From Polyangiales bacterium (GTDB lineage Bacteria; Myxococcota_A; Polyangia; Polyangiales; JADJQN01), in assembly GCA_964202905.1 (NCBI GenBank), contig CAXNJO010000004.1:322345-386344 (forward strand): a stretch of DNA of 64,000 bases, written 5' to 3'. This document shows, one piece after another, positions 1 to 12,009 of the stretch; position 1 is the first letter of the stretch; each line of letters starts with the position of its first letter. The translations under genes were made by a program, and so were the position numbers. The notes beneath the pieces were generated by a model. The model was not told the origin of the DNA. It searched no databases and saw only the letters and a list, made by a program, of their open reading frames with translations.

Positions 1-297
1 TCGCATCGTGGTTCCGCTGTTGCCGCAGTCGAGGTGGCCGCGCGGGATGCGCAGGCCGCGCAACCCGACGCCTTCGACGCGCGCGACGTCACCATCGCGT
101 GTGATGGTGACGCCCATCTCGGCGAGGGCGGCGCTGGTGGCGCGGTTGTCGAGGCCGTCGGAGAGACCGCGCACGGTGCACGGCCCCTCCGCGAGCGCGG
201 CGAAGATCAGCGCGCGATGCCCGATGGACTTGTCCCCGGGCACGCGCAGCTCCCCGCGCAGCGGCCGTGTCGCGGTGCGTACGCGCCAGCGCTTCAC
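1..297 (-). CDS. aroA: 3-phosphoshikimate 1-carboxyvinyltransferase (EPSP synthase), N-terminal part; the gene runs off the window start
   Basis: Minus-strand translation from GTG at 297 reads VKRWRVRTATRPLRGELRVPGDKSIGHRALIFAALAEG...LDCGNSGTTMR. GDKSIxHRAL and LDCGNSGTTMR are hallmark AroA motifs. The GTG start overlaps the stop of the upstream gene (GTGA). It is absent from the ORF track because there is no stop inside the window. Confidence 0.8.
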   Translation of the reverse strand, partial: MKRWRVRTATRPLRGELRVPGDKSIGHRALIFAALAEGPCTVRGLSDGLDNRATSAALAEMGVTITRDGDVARVEGVGLRGLRIPRGHLDCGNSGTTMR

Positions 298-1370
298 GGC
301 GCCACCGCGACGTGCACGAGGGCACCGTGGCCGGTGGCCGGATCGCGCGCGACGAGCGCGGCGCCGACGAGCGGTCCGAAGCGCTCGAGGATCATGCGGG
401 TCTCGTCGTCGGTCAGCGACGCCCGCGCCTCGACGCGCGTGGACGCCACGCGGACCTCGACGCGGCCCAAAATCTCGGCGAAGCCCATCATCGCGACCAT
501 CGGGTTGCTCGCGTAGCCGCTCACCACGCCGCTCAGCGTGTCGCTCGCGCGGGCCGCGACGTCCGGGTCCGCGAACTCGGCGCTGACATCCACGACGATG
601 CCGCGCGACGGATCGACACGCAGGCTCATCCGCTCCGCGTCGAAGAGGGCCGAGAGCCCCGCCCTCCCCGCGCCCACTGAGCGGCGAAGACCCGGCGACA
701 CGCGCGCCACCACCGCGATGGGCGCGGCGGCCCAGCCGATGCGTGCTGCGAGCGCGTCGAGCCCGGCCCCCGCGAGGGGACCGGCGGACTCGGTGGCGCG
801 GGCCCGCGCGAGGATGTCCTCGACCTCTCCGCCGAGCGCAGCGGCCCAGGTGTTCGCGTCGAAGCGCAGCGCGCGCAGCGTGTCGGGGCCGGACGTTGCC
901 TCCCACGTGGTCACGCCATCACGCTCGATGGCGGGAGCCTGCCCGAGCCAGGCCGCGATGGATGCGCGCGCCGCGGACTCGAGATTCGCGCCGCGCGCCA
1001 CGAACACGATCTGCTCAGCACGCGACCCGCGCTCCGGCTCGCGCAGCGCGATCCAGCCCTCGTCGAGCGCCGACGCGATCGCCACGAGACGCGCGCCGTC
1101 CGTGGGCGACACCTCGCGCGCGATCTGCACGACCGGCTCGAACCATGGCGACGCGCGCAGCTGCGCTCCGTCGACGTGCACGAGCACGATGGCGTCCTGC
1201 GGGAGGAGCGTCACGGGCGAGCGCTCCCACACCGGTCGGGCGGCCTCGGTTGCCACCGGCTCCGGCGTGGTGTGCGCCACGGCCGCGCCACCGCAGCCCG
1301 CTGCCAACGCGAGGAGGCCTGCCCCGACCAGCGCGCCGCGCGTCGGGATGCGCGAAGAGACTCGCTGCAT
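294..1370 (-). CDS. hypothetical lipoprotein (signal peptide with lipobox LALAAGC). It sits where tyrA would be expected in a pheA-hisC-x-aroA cluster, but is not a dehydrogenase.
   Basis: 358-aa ORF with an N-terminal MQRVSSRIPTRGALVGAGLLALAAGCGG signal and non-repetitive composition. Its start sits 10 nt downstream of the hisC stop. Confidence 0.5.
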   Translation of the reverse strand: MQRVSSRIPTRGALVGAGLLALAAGCGGAAVAHTTPEPVATEAARPVWERSPVTLLPQDAIVLVHVDGAQLRASPWFEPVVQIAREVSPTDGARLVAIASALDEGWIALREPERGSRAEQIVFVARGANLESAARASIAAWLGQAPAIERDGVTTWEATSGPDTLRALRFDANTWAAALGGEVEDILARARATESAGPLAGAGLDALAARIGWAAAPIAVVARVSPGLRRSVGAGRAGLSALFDAERMSLRVDPSRGIVVDVSAEFADPDVAARASDTLSGVVSGYASNPMVAMMGFAEILGRVEVRVASTRVEARASLTDDETRMILERFGPLVGAALVARDPATGHGALVHVAVAP

Positions 1371-1379
1371 GGCGCGCCC

Positions 1380-2465
1380 CTAGCGAAGCTCGCCGACCGC
1401 GGCGAGAAGCCGATCGTTCTCGGCGGGGAGCCCGATCGTGATGCGGAGCCAGCTCGTGAGCGGCGCAGGCATCGGCCGCACGATCACCCCCTTGCGGAGG
1501 AGTTTCTCGTAGACCTCGCGCCCCGGCGCGCCGAAGTCGACGAGGAGGAAGTTCGCCTGGCTCGGCGCGACGTGCAGCCCAAGGGCCCCGAGCGCGTCCG
1601 CGACGCGCGCGCGCTCTGTGCGGTTGAGCGACACGTAACGCGCGACGTGGTCCGGGTCGGAGAGCGCGGCGCGGGCCGCGACCTGCCCGAGCGAGTTCGT
1701 GTTGAACGGCGCGCGCACGCGGTTGAGGAAGTCGATGAGCGCGGGCGTGCCGACGCCGTAGCCCACGCGCAGCGCCGCGAGCCCGTACGCCTTCGAGAAG
1801 GTCCGCAGCACCAGCAGCCGCTCGTGGAGTTCGCGCATCGTCAGCGCGCTCGCGAAGTCCGGCGCATCGGCGAACTCGACGTAGGCCTCGTCGAGGATCG
1901 CGACGACGCGCTCCGGCAACCCGCGGAGCAGCCGCGCGAGATCGGTCGCGGAGACGTGCGCTCCGGTGGGGTTGTTGGGGTTCGCCAGGAAGAGCAGGCG
2001 CGTCGCGGGCGTCACCGCCGCGAGCATGGCGTCGACGTCCCACGCGACGTGGCCGACGAGGGGCACCTCGGTGAAGTCGACGTTGGCGGCGAGCAGCCCG
2101 AGCCGATAGCAGACAAACGACGGATTCCCGATGACCGCGTGATCGCCGGGCGCCGCGAAGGTCCGGCACGCGAGGTCGATGAGCTCGTTCGAGCCGTTGC
2201 CGACGACGATCTCGTCCATCGACACGCCGTGGTGCGCGGCGAGCGCTTCGCGCAGCGAGTGCGTGGCGGCGTCCGGGTAGCGACCGAACGCCGCGGCCGC
2301 TCCCACGAGCGCCTCGGCGACCCGCGGCGAGGCGCCGAGCGGGTTCTCGTTGGAGGCGAGCTTCACCGCGTTCTGGATGCCGAGCTCGCGCTCGAGCTCT
2401 TCGACGGGCTTCCCGGGGACGTAGGGGACGAGGCGTTCGATGTAGGCAGGGACGAGGCGATCCAT
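1380..2465 (-). CDS. hisC: histidinol-phosphate / aromatic aminotransferase (HisC family, PLP-dependent)
   Basis: Start taken at the internal M (MDRLVPAYIERLVPYVPGKP); ATG complement at 2463-2465. Motifs NENPLG, NPNNPTG and TFSKAYGLAALRVGY (the PLP lysine region). Confidence 0.85.
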   Translation of the reverse strand: MDRLVPAYIERLVPYVPGKPVEELERELGIQNAVKLASNENPLGASPRVAEALVGAAAAFGRYPDAATHSLREALAAHHGVSMDEIVVGNGSNELIDLACRTFAAPGDHAVIGNPSFVCYRLGLLAANVDFTEVPLVGHVAWDVDAMLAAVTPATRLLFLANPNNPTGAHVSATDLARLLRGLPERVVAILDEAYVEFADAPDFASALTMRELHERLLVLRTFSKAYGLAALRVGYGVGTPALIDFLNRVRAPFNTNSLGQVAARAALSDPDHVARYVSLNRTERARVADALGALGLHVAPSQANFLLVDFGAPGREVYEKLLRKGVIVRPMPAPLTSWLRITIGLPAENDRLLAAVGELR

Positions 2466-2479
2466 GGTTCTCCGGGGGC

Positions 2480-3553
2480 TCACGCGGGGCGCGGGAAGCT
2501 TCCGAGCATCTTCAGCCAGCGGCTCGCGCCGCGCAGTTCCTCGGTCGCCGAGAGGACGGACCGATCGGACGCGTGTCCGTCGAGTTCGATGAAGAACACG
2601 TAGCGCCACGGCTCACCGAGCGCGGGGCGCGTATCGAGGCGCGTGAGGTTGACGCCGCGCTCGGCGTACGGCTTGAGCGCCTGGTAGAGCGCGCCGGGCG
2701 AGTCGTGCAACGCCACGGCCAGCAAGGTGCGGTCCGCACCGGTGCGCGCGGGCGGCTCGCCGCCGACGATCGCGAAGCGCACCTCGACGCCTCGCGTGTC
2801 CTCGATGTGCTCGCGGACGAACTGCAGCCCGCACGCCTCCGCGAGCATCGGGGTGGTGATGGCCGCGGCGCCGTGATCCTCCGAGGCGAACTGCGCCGCG
2901 ACGAGCAGCGACGGCACGTCGATGATCGCCACGAGCGGGAAGCTCGCGTGCAGCCAGCGCTCGCACTGCCGATGCGCGATCGCCGTGCCGTAGATCTTGT
3001 CGAAATCCGCGGCGTTCCCCGTGCGCGACGCGAGGTGGAAGCTCACTGGCACCACGAGTTCGGCGGTCACGGACACGTCGGCGGCCGCGAGCGCGTCGAG
3101 CGTCGCGGACACGGCGCCATCGACGGACGTCTCGAGGGGCACGACGCCGAAGCGCGCCTCGCCGCGCGCGACGCGATCCACCGTCGCGGCCACGTCCTCG
3201 ACCGCGACGAGCTCCGCCGCCGCGCCGAAATGGCGCCGCGCGGCCTCGTGCGCGAGCCCGCCCTCCGCGCCCGCGTAGCCGACGCGCAGGGGCCGCACGA
3301 GCGCGTCGCACGCGGAGAGCACCTCGCGCAGCACCGGCTCGACCGACGCGCTCGGAAACTCCCGCACGCGCTCACGCACGCGCCCGAAGACGTCCGGACC
3401 ACGCGCGAGCGCATAGAAGCCCCCCGGGTCGCGCTCGCGGAGTTCGACGAACGACCGCACCGCCCGCGCACGCGCATCGAGCGCTGCGGCGAGGGCGTCG
3501 TCGGCGTGCTCGACCGCTGCGCGGATGCGCGCGAGCTCGTCGTGGTCGCTCAT
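2480..3553 (-). CDS. pheA: bifunctional chorismate mutase / prephenate dehydratase (P-protein)
   Basis: MSDHDELARIRAAVEHADDALAAALDAR is chorismate-mutase-like. A PDT domain (LRVGYAGAEGGLAHEAARRHFG) and a C-terminal ACT domain follow. Start at the internal M, with a cat at 3551-3553. Confidence 0.85.
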   Translation of the reverse strand: MSDHDELARIRAAVEHADDALAAALDARARAVRSFVELRERDPGGFYALARGPDVFGRVRERVREFPSASVEPVLREVLSACDALVRPLRVGYAGAEGGLAHEAARRHFGAAAELVAVEDVAATVDRVARGEARFGVVPLETSVDGAVSATLDALAAADVSVTAELVVPVSFHLASRTGNAADFDKIYGTAIAHRQCERWLHASFPLVAIIDVPSLLVAAQFASEDHGAAAITTPMLAEACGLQFVREHIEDTRGVEVRFAIVGGEPPARTGADRTLLAVALHDSPGALYQALKPYAERGVNLTRLDTRPALGEPWRYVFFIELDGHASDRSVLSATEELRGASRWLKMLGSFPRPA

Positions 3554-3620
3554 CGTGCGCGCGACTCTAACAGCTACGCCCGACGTGGGCACCCGTGATT
3601 CCGGGCGCCCGCGCCGCCTC

Positions 3621-6302
<2,682 letters not shown>

Positions 6303-6305
6303 GGG

Positions 6306-8693
6306 CTACTGGAAGAGGCGCTCGGTGACGACGTTCTCGACGGCGATCCGCGTCAATGCCGCGCGGCCGGCATCGACCGCGTAGAGCTTGTTCTCGAAGG
6401 GCGAGAAGAAGACGTCGACGGGGATGCTGCCGGAGGTCGCACCGGGCGTCAGATCGATGCCGAGCTTCTGCGGGACACCGACGATGCCGAAGCTGAGCGA
6501 GAGCGCCGGCGAAGCGGGGACGGCGGGATCTTCGGCGATCCGGAACGCGACGGTCCGCCCGACGAACGGCACGTCCGACCAGGCCCGGAATCCCAGCCCG
6601 GCGTTCTCCGGCGTCGATGCAGGCACGCGGCAGCGCCCCGCGTCCGTCGCCGTCGCGCGGACGAGGCCCGAGAGCGCCCCGCGCACGACCCAGCTCGCGC
6701 GCGTCCGGACCTCGAACGTGACCAACTCCGGGAAGCACGCGGCGACGCGCTCGAGCGGGACCTCCGAGCCGAGCGTGCGGGGCCCAATCGTCAGGGCCCC
6801 CATGTCGTCCGCGTCGACGATCTCGAACGCGAGGACCGCGCGCGCGCCAGTCCCCGGATCCGTGGCGACGAGGGCCTGGCAGTCCGGAACGCCTTGCGCC
6901 CCAGGCGGGAGCTCGCCCGTGATGACGAGCTGGTCTCCGACGGCCCCCGAGACTGGCAGCGCCGGCGCGCCCGCGGTGCCGAGGACGCCCGCGCGGCAGA
7001 AGTCCGTCTCGCCTGCGCGGAACGCGTCACCGTCGAAGCGCCCCGCGACGCCGCTCAACACCGCGCCCTCGTACGTCGCAGCCCAGACCTCTCGGACGCC
7101 CGCCCATGGGTCTCCGAGCGCGCAGACGAGCGGGCCGCCCGCGTCCACCGCAGGGAAGGCCTGCGCGAACGACGGGGAGGCGCAATCGACGGGGGCGAGC
7201 CCCGGAACGGCGCTCGACGCTGCGCGCCCCGTTTCGTCGACCGGAAACGACACGCCGCGGAGGTTGAAGGTCGGCGCTTGCAGCACGGCAATCTCGCTGG
7301 CGACGAGGCTCCCGATGCGCGGACGGTGACGGCGCACGTACACGATCGCGTCACTCGCCGTGGAGGTCGCCGTGCCCGCGCACGAACCCGCGCTGCCGCG
7401 GCACATCGCGTCGCGGTCGTAGAGATCGACGAAGCGCACGCTGCCGTCCGTGAGCGTGACGGCGAGGAACACGCCGTGGAGCCGCGCCGGGCCCGTCGCC
7501 CCGGGCGCCGTCCCGCCCTCGACGCAGAACGGCGCGGGCGCCGCCGCGTCGTAGTCGCGCGTCGCGACGACCGTGAGCGCGGTCGCGGGGGAGTCGAAGG
7601 AGATGCGGTCCTGCGCGCGGGTCGCCGCGATCTCGACGGCGATGGGTTGCCCGTACGTCGCGCCGGACGGGTCGCTCAGGTCGAGGACGGCGACAGAGCC
7701 CGTGTCGTCGAGCGCGTAGAGGTAGCGGCGGTCACCCGGCGTCGTCTGCGTCGGCTCGGCCGGCACGAAGGGGGAGAGCGCGAGTTCGCGCACCGGCGTC
7801 CCCGTCGCGAAGGGCGCGAGCTCCGCGTCAAGCCCCGCCGTCGCGTCCAGCGAGAGGCGATGCACCACCGGGAGCGCGGCGTCGGCGACGAGCAGCTCTC
7901 CGGTCTCCTCGTCGAGGAGGAGCGCGACGGGGTACGGCTCGACCCCCGCGCTACGCGGCGCTCGAACGGGCGCGACGGACGGCGTGACGAGCGCGACGTC
8001 CGTGCACTCACGACGATAGAGGGGCAGCTCCGGGGCCGCTGCAGAGGGCTCGGGAGCCTCTGCCGCAAGCGCGAGCTCCCGGGCACCGGACGCGTCGAGC
8101 AGACCATCTCCGAGGATGGGGTATTGGCGCACACGACCGAGAGACGGGAGCGCGACGACGAGGAAGCGCTCATCGGGCGTGAGCAGGACGGACGCGGGGG
8201 CTGCGCCGAGCGGGACGCGCTGCGTATCGACCGAGGCGGTCGTCGCAGGCGCGCGGAAGCCGCTCGACGGGTACACCCAGAGGTCTTCGCTGCCGGCGTT
8301 CGCGACGTAGGTGGTGATCGGCCGATCCGCGACGACGCCCCGCGTCGAGACGACGTCCACGGGCAGCGCGCCCGCCTCGATGAACGTGTACCCGGGGATG
8401 GTCGCGTTGGTGTCGAGGATCGCGTTGGTGCGCAGATCGACGACGGCGAGCTCTCCCCGGCGCGATTGCAACACGATCGCGTGCAGGTCGTGGCCGGAAG
8501 GGAGGGTCCCGGTGGACGGGTCCATGGGCGCGCAGCGCGCGAGCGGCACGGCCGTCGGAGGCGTGGTGCGGACGTCGAAGCACACCAGCGAGGCGCGTCC
8601 CGGGCGATCGAAGCTGCGCGGCGTCGTGAGGATCGGGGTCTGGCTGCACGCGCCGAGCAGCGCGACGCACGAGAGGGCGAACCCGGCACGCAT
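6306..8693 (-). CDS. large hypothetical lipoprotein (lipobox LLGAC) with repeated YVANAGS / LYALDDTGSVAVLDL type segments that suggest a beta-propeller
   Basis: 795-aa ORF, non-repetitive, with a signal peptide MRAGFALSCVALLGACSQ. It is 4 nt from the mutS start and shares a coordinate with the next lipoprotein's stop. Confidence 0.6.
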   Translation of the reverse strand: MRAGFALSCVALLGACSQTPILTTPRSFDRPGRASLVCFDVRTTPPTAVPLARCAPMDPSTGTLPSGHDLHAIVLQSRRGELAVVDLRTNAILDTNATIPGYTFIEAGALPVDVVSTRGVVADRPITTYVANAGSEDLWVYPSSGFRAPATTASVDTQRVPLGAAPASVLLTPDERFLVVALPSLGRVRQYPILGDGLLDASGARELALAAEAPEPSAAAPELPLYRRECTDVALVTPSVAPVRAPRSAGVEPYPVALLLDEETGELLVADAALPVVHRLSLDATAGLDAELAPFATGTPVRELALSPFVPAEPTQTTPGDRRYLYALDDTGSVAVLDLSDPSGATYGQPIAVEIAATRAQDRISFDSPATALTVVATRDYDAAAPAPFCVEGGTAPGATGPARLHGVFLAVTLTDGSVRFVDLYDRDAMCRGSAGSCAGTATSTASDAIVYVRRHRPRIGSLVASEIAVLQAPTFNLRGVSFPVDETGRAASSAVPGLAPVDCASPSFAQAFPAVDAGGPLVCALGDPWAGVREVWAATYEGAVLSGVAGRFDGDAFRAGETDFCRAGVLGTAGAPALPVSGAVGDQLVITGELPPGAQGVPDCQALVATDPGTGARAVLAFEIVDADDMGALTIGPRTLGSEVPLERVAACFPELVTFEVRTRASWVVRGALSGLVRATATDAGRCRVPASTPENAGLGFRAWSDVPFVGRTVAFRIAEDPAVPASPALSLSFGIVGVPQKLGIDLTPGATSGSIPVDVFFSPFENKLYAVDAGRAALTRIAVENVVTERLFQ

Positions 8694-10041
8694 CAGTTGA
8701 GCTCCGAGGGCGCGCGGGGCACGCCGAGGGTGGCGACGATCCGCAGCGGCTCGTTCGTCCGCGCGGCGAGGGGCGCGAGGTCAACGATGCGCACCACGGA
8801 GCTGCGAAAGTCGGTGACGAACGCGCGCTCGCGGACCTCGTCGACGGCAATCTCGAAAGGACCGGAGAAGCCGCGCACGACGTCCTCGACGGCGCCCGTC
8901 TCCGCGTCGATCGCGAAGAGCGTGCGACCGTCGTAGCAGGTCACGAGCAGGTAACGCCGCCCGCCGAGTGTCGTCACCACGAGGCGGGACGCGCCGAAGT
9001 CCACGCCCACGACGCGCTCGATGGGCAGCTCGACCGAGGACTCCGCCGCGCGCGCGAGGTCGATGATCACGACGGCCTGCGGGCGCCGCGAGAGGACGTA
9101 CAGCTTGTCGCCGTCGAAGACGAGGTCGCGCACGTCGAGGCCGTCGTCGAGGCCCGAAAGCCGCACGTCTCCGGCGCGGAACAGATACGACCGCTCGGCC
9201 GAGGCGCGCGCATCGATCGCGACGCCGAGCTTCGCGAGGCGTGCCGTCGGGCTCGTGTTCGCCGAGGACACCCACGCCGTGCCGGTGCCCTCGTCGTACG
9301 TGAGGCCCACGGCGCTCGCCGGGAGTCCGTCGACCACGTCGACGAGTTTCGGCGCCTCGTTCGCGCCGGCCCCGGCGCGGTCGAAGAAGAGGCTCGCCTG
9401 CCCGCTTCGGTCGAGCACGACGAGCAGGTCCCCCTCGTCCGGATTCGGCAGGGGACGCAACAACAGGCGTGAGGGGTCGCCCGGCATCGACTCGCCACGC
9501 TGGCTCGCGATGGACTCGTCGCCGCGGCGATGGAAGTCGTCGCAACGCCCGCCCGTGGCGCCCCCCGCACGGCAGGAGAGCGCCCCCGCGTCCGGGTCGA
9601 TGTCGATGAAGGTCAACGACCCGTCGCTGCGGAACGGCGCGTACAACCTCGTCCCATCCGTCGAGAGCGCGGCCCCGCCCGGGAACGAACCGGTGACGAC
9701 CTCGCCTCCCGGGGGAACGAACGCGCCCAGATCGTCGAGCACGCATGGCCCGCCTGCGCAGGCGTCGATCGCGGCCTCGACGCGCGCGAGGTCGAGGGCG
9801 AGCACCGTGCCTCCATTGTATCGAAGGTCGAAGTTCGAATTGAGCACGTAGACGAACGCCGGCGCTTCCCCCGTCGCGCGCGGCGGCGCCATCACGATCG
9901 AAGTCGGGAAGTTCAGACCGCCGGCCACGGGATCGACCCCGGCCGTATCGAGAAAGCAACCCGAGAGCGCCACCGCGAGGACACAGGAGGCCGTCGACGC
10001 GAGCGCGGGGGAGTGCGCGGGGTTGCGCCGGGCCTTCGTCA
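8693..10041 (-). CDS. hypothetical lipoprotein, YVTN/YncE-like beta-propeller; paralog-like to the preceding gene
   Basis: Start taken at the internal M (MTKARRNPAHSPALASTASCVLAVALSGCF), cat at 10039-10041. Segments such as YVLNSNFD, LYVLSRRPQAVVIIDL and RYLLVTCYDGRTLFAIDAETG. Confidence 0.6.
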
Positions 10042-10118
10042 TGGCGGCCGGACCGTAGTCGGGATGCCCGCCAGGGGCAACCGGCGTCGACGGTTTGGAG
10101 ATTGCCGCAGAGGCGGCG

Positions 10119-11738
10119 TCAATCCCAGGGGTTGAGCACCTCGGAGCCGCCGCCGGCCGGACGCGTCGGCGTTGAGGCCGGGGTCGCTGCGGACTCTCCG
10201 CCCCCGCCCGGCGGGCGACGCGAACCACTGCTCGAACGCCGCGCACGCTCGAGCGGGATGCGCACGCTCGACTGGGTGAGCGCCGAGAGAGTCACCGACT
10301 GGTCGAGGTGCTCCGGGAGTCGGAGGGTCAACGAGATGGTCGCGTCGCCGATCGGGCGGTCCACCTCGAACGGCGTGTTGCCGAGGAGCGCGTCGTCCCG
10401 GTACACGGCGGCGCCCTCGGGCGTGCTCGCGATCGTGACGCGGACAGCAGCGGGCGCCGTCGGCGCGGTGCCGCCCGCGGCCGCTGGATTCTGGGGGGAA
10501 TCGGGCGGAGCGGCGGCGGGGACCGTCGTCGGGACGGGCACGACCGCCGGCGGCGCGACGGGTGTCGGAACCGTCGGTCGGATGTCCCCCGTCGGAGCCT
10601 CGGCCCCCCCGCGGAACACCATCGCTGCGACACCACCGCCCGCGAGCACGAGCACGAGCGCGAGACCGAGCAGGAGCGGCACGGTCTTCGAGCGCTTCGG
10701 CGCCTCCTCCTCCTCCGTCCCGACGCCCATCCCCGTCGGGCCTGCGGTCCGCTGCGCGTAGGAGAACGCGTCCGTGCTCCTTGCGCCCGCGGCGGCGCGC
10801 GCGCCTGCGTCGGTCACGGCGGTCGGCGTGAGGCCCTGCTCGATGCGCTCGAGGTCCTCGCGCATCTCCTGCATCGACTGGTAGCGCTGCTCCCGATTCT
10901 TCTCGAGCGCCTTCATGATCACCGACTCGAGCGCCGGCGAGATGTCCGACGCCGGAAGCACGTCCCTCGGGGGAAGCGGCTTCTCGTAGAGGTGCTTCGT
11001 CAGGATCCCCATGAGGTTGTCCGCGTCGAACGGCACACGGCCCGAGGCCATCTCGTAGAGGATGATGCCGAGGGCGTAGATGTCCGTGCGCTGGTCGACT
11101 TCGGTTCCCGCGCATTGCTCGGGCGACATGTAGTGAGGCGTCCCGAACACCGCGCCGGCCCGCGTCAGTTTGCTCGTCGCGCCGCCCACCTTCGCGATGC
11201 CGAAGTCGAGCACCTTCACGAAGTCGTTGTCGCTGCTGCGCTTGACCAGGTAGATGTTGTCCGGCTTCAGGTCGCGGTGGACGATGCCATTCGCGTGCGC
11301 AGCGCCGAGCGCCGTGCAGATCTGCTTGGCGATCCGCACCGTCCGCGCGGCCGCGATCGGTCGCTCGAGTTCGAGCGCCTTCGTGATGGCGATCCCGTCG
11401 AGGAACTCCATGACGAAATACGTCGATCCGTCCGGCAAAGCGCCGAAATCGGAGATGTCGATGATGTGCTCGTTGCCGATCCCGCTCGCGCTCTGGGCTT
11501 CCTGGCGGAAGCGCGCCACGATCTCCTGGTCTTTGGAGACCTCCGCGCGCAGCACCTTGACCGCGAGCGGCTTCCCGAGCGCGGTGTGCTTGGCGCGGTA
11601 CACGACGCCCATGCCGCCCTCGCCCAGCATCTTCTCGATGAGGTAGCGGCCATCGAGCGTGCGACCGATGAGGGGGTCGGGAGGCGGCGCCTCCGGGGCG
11701 AGGGGCTCGTCGACGAGGCGAAGGTTCGGAGTGTTCAT
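10119..11738 (-). CDS. Ser/Thr protein kinase with a transmembrane helix and a C-terminal PEGA domain
   Basis: Start at the M of MNTPNLRLVDEP (cat at 11736-11738). Kinase motifs GEGGMGVVYRAKH, HRDLKPDNIYL, DFGIAK, GTPHYMSPE. TM segment VPLLLGLALVLVLAGGGVAAMVF. C-terminal VTIASTPEGAAVYRDDALLGNTPF. Confidence 0.85.
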   Translation of the reverse strand: MNTPNLRLVDEPLAPEAPPPDPLIGRTLDGRYLIEKMLGEGGMGVVYRAKHTALGKPLAVKVLRAEVSKDQEIVARFRQEAQSASGIGNEHIIDISDFGALPDGSTYFVMEFLDGIAITKALELERPIAAARTVRIAKQICTALGAAHANGIVHRDLKPDNIYLVKRSSDNDFVKVLDFGIAKVGGATSKLTRAGAVFGTPHYMSPEQCAGTEVDQRTDIYALGIILYEMASGRVPFDADNLMGILTKHLYEKPLPPRDVLPASDISPALESVIMKALEKNREQRYQSMQEMREDLERIEQGLTPTAVTDAGARAAAGARSTDAFSYAQRTAGPTGMGVGTEEEEAPKRSKTVPLLLGLALVLVLAGGGVAAMVFRGGAEAPTGDIRPTVPTPVAPPAVVPVPTTVPAAAPPDSPQNPAAAGGTAPTAPAAVRVTIASTPEGAAVYRDDALLGNTPFEVDRPIGDATISLTLRLPEHLDQSVTLSALTQSSVRIPLERARRSSSGSRRPPGGGGESAATPASTPTRPAGGGSEVLNPWD

Positions 11739-12009
11739 CGGCGTCCTGGGGGCGGAGCGGTGTGTCCGGGTCGAGGGGGAGCCGTCGCGGGGGCGTCGGA
11801 CACGGACACGCGCGAACGGCCCTTGCGTGAACGACGGCGTGCCCCCGGAGACGTTCAGACTTCCGCGTACGGTACGCCCGCCTCGACCCGCGCGCACCGC
11901 TCCACCTTGGGAAACCGCGGTGGGCCGGATGTTCATCCATGCTCCGCTGCGCGTCAACCTCGGGGCATGCGACGTGAATCCAGCCCCGCGATGGGGCTCT
12001 TCAGCGCGC

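Noticed and set aside
294-1370. Expectation that the gene between hisC and aroA is tyrA (prephenate dehydrogenase)
   Set aside because: The translation has a lipoprotein signal peptide and no GxGxxG Rossmann motif. No alternative-frame ORF with dehydrogenase features was seen.
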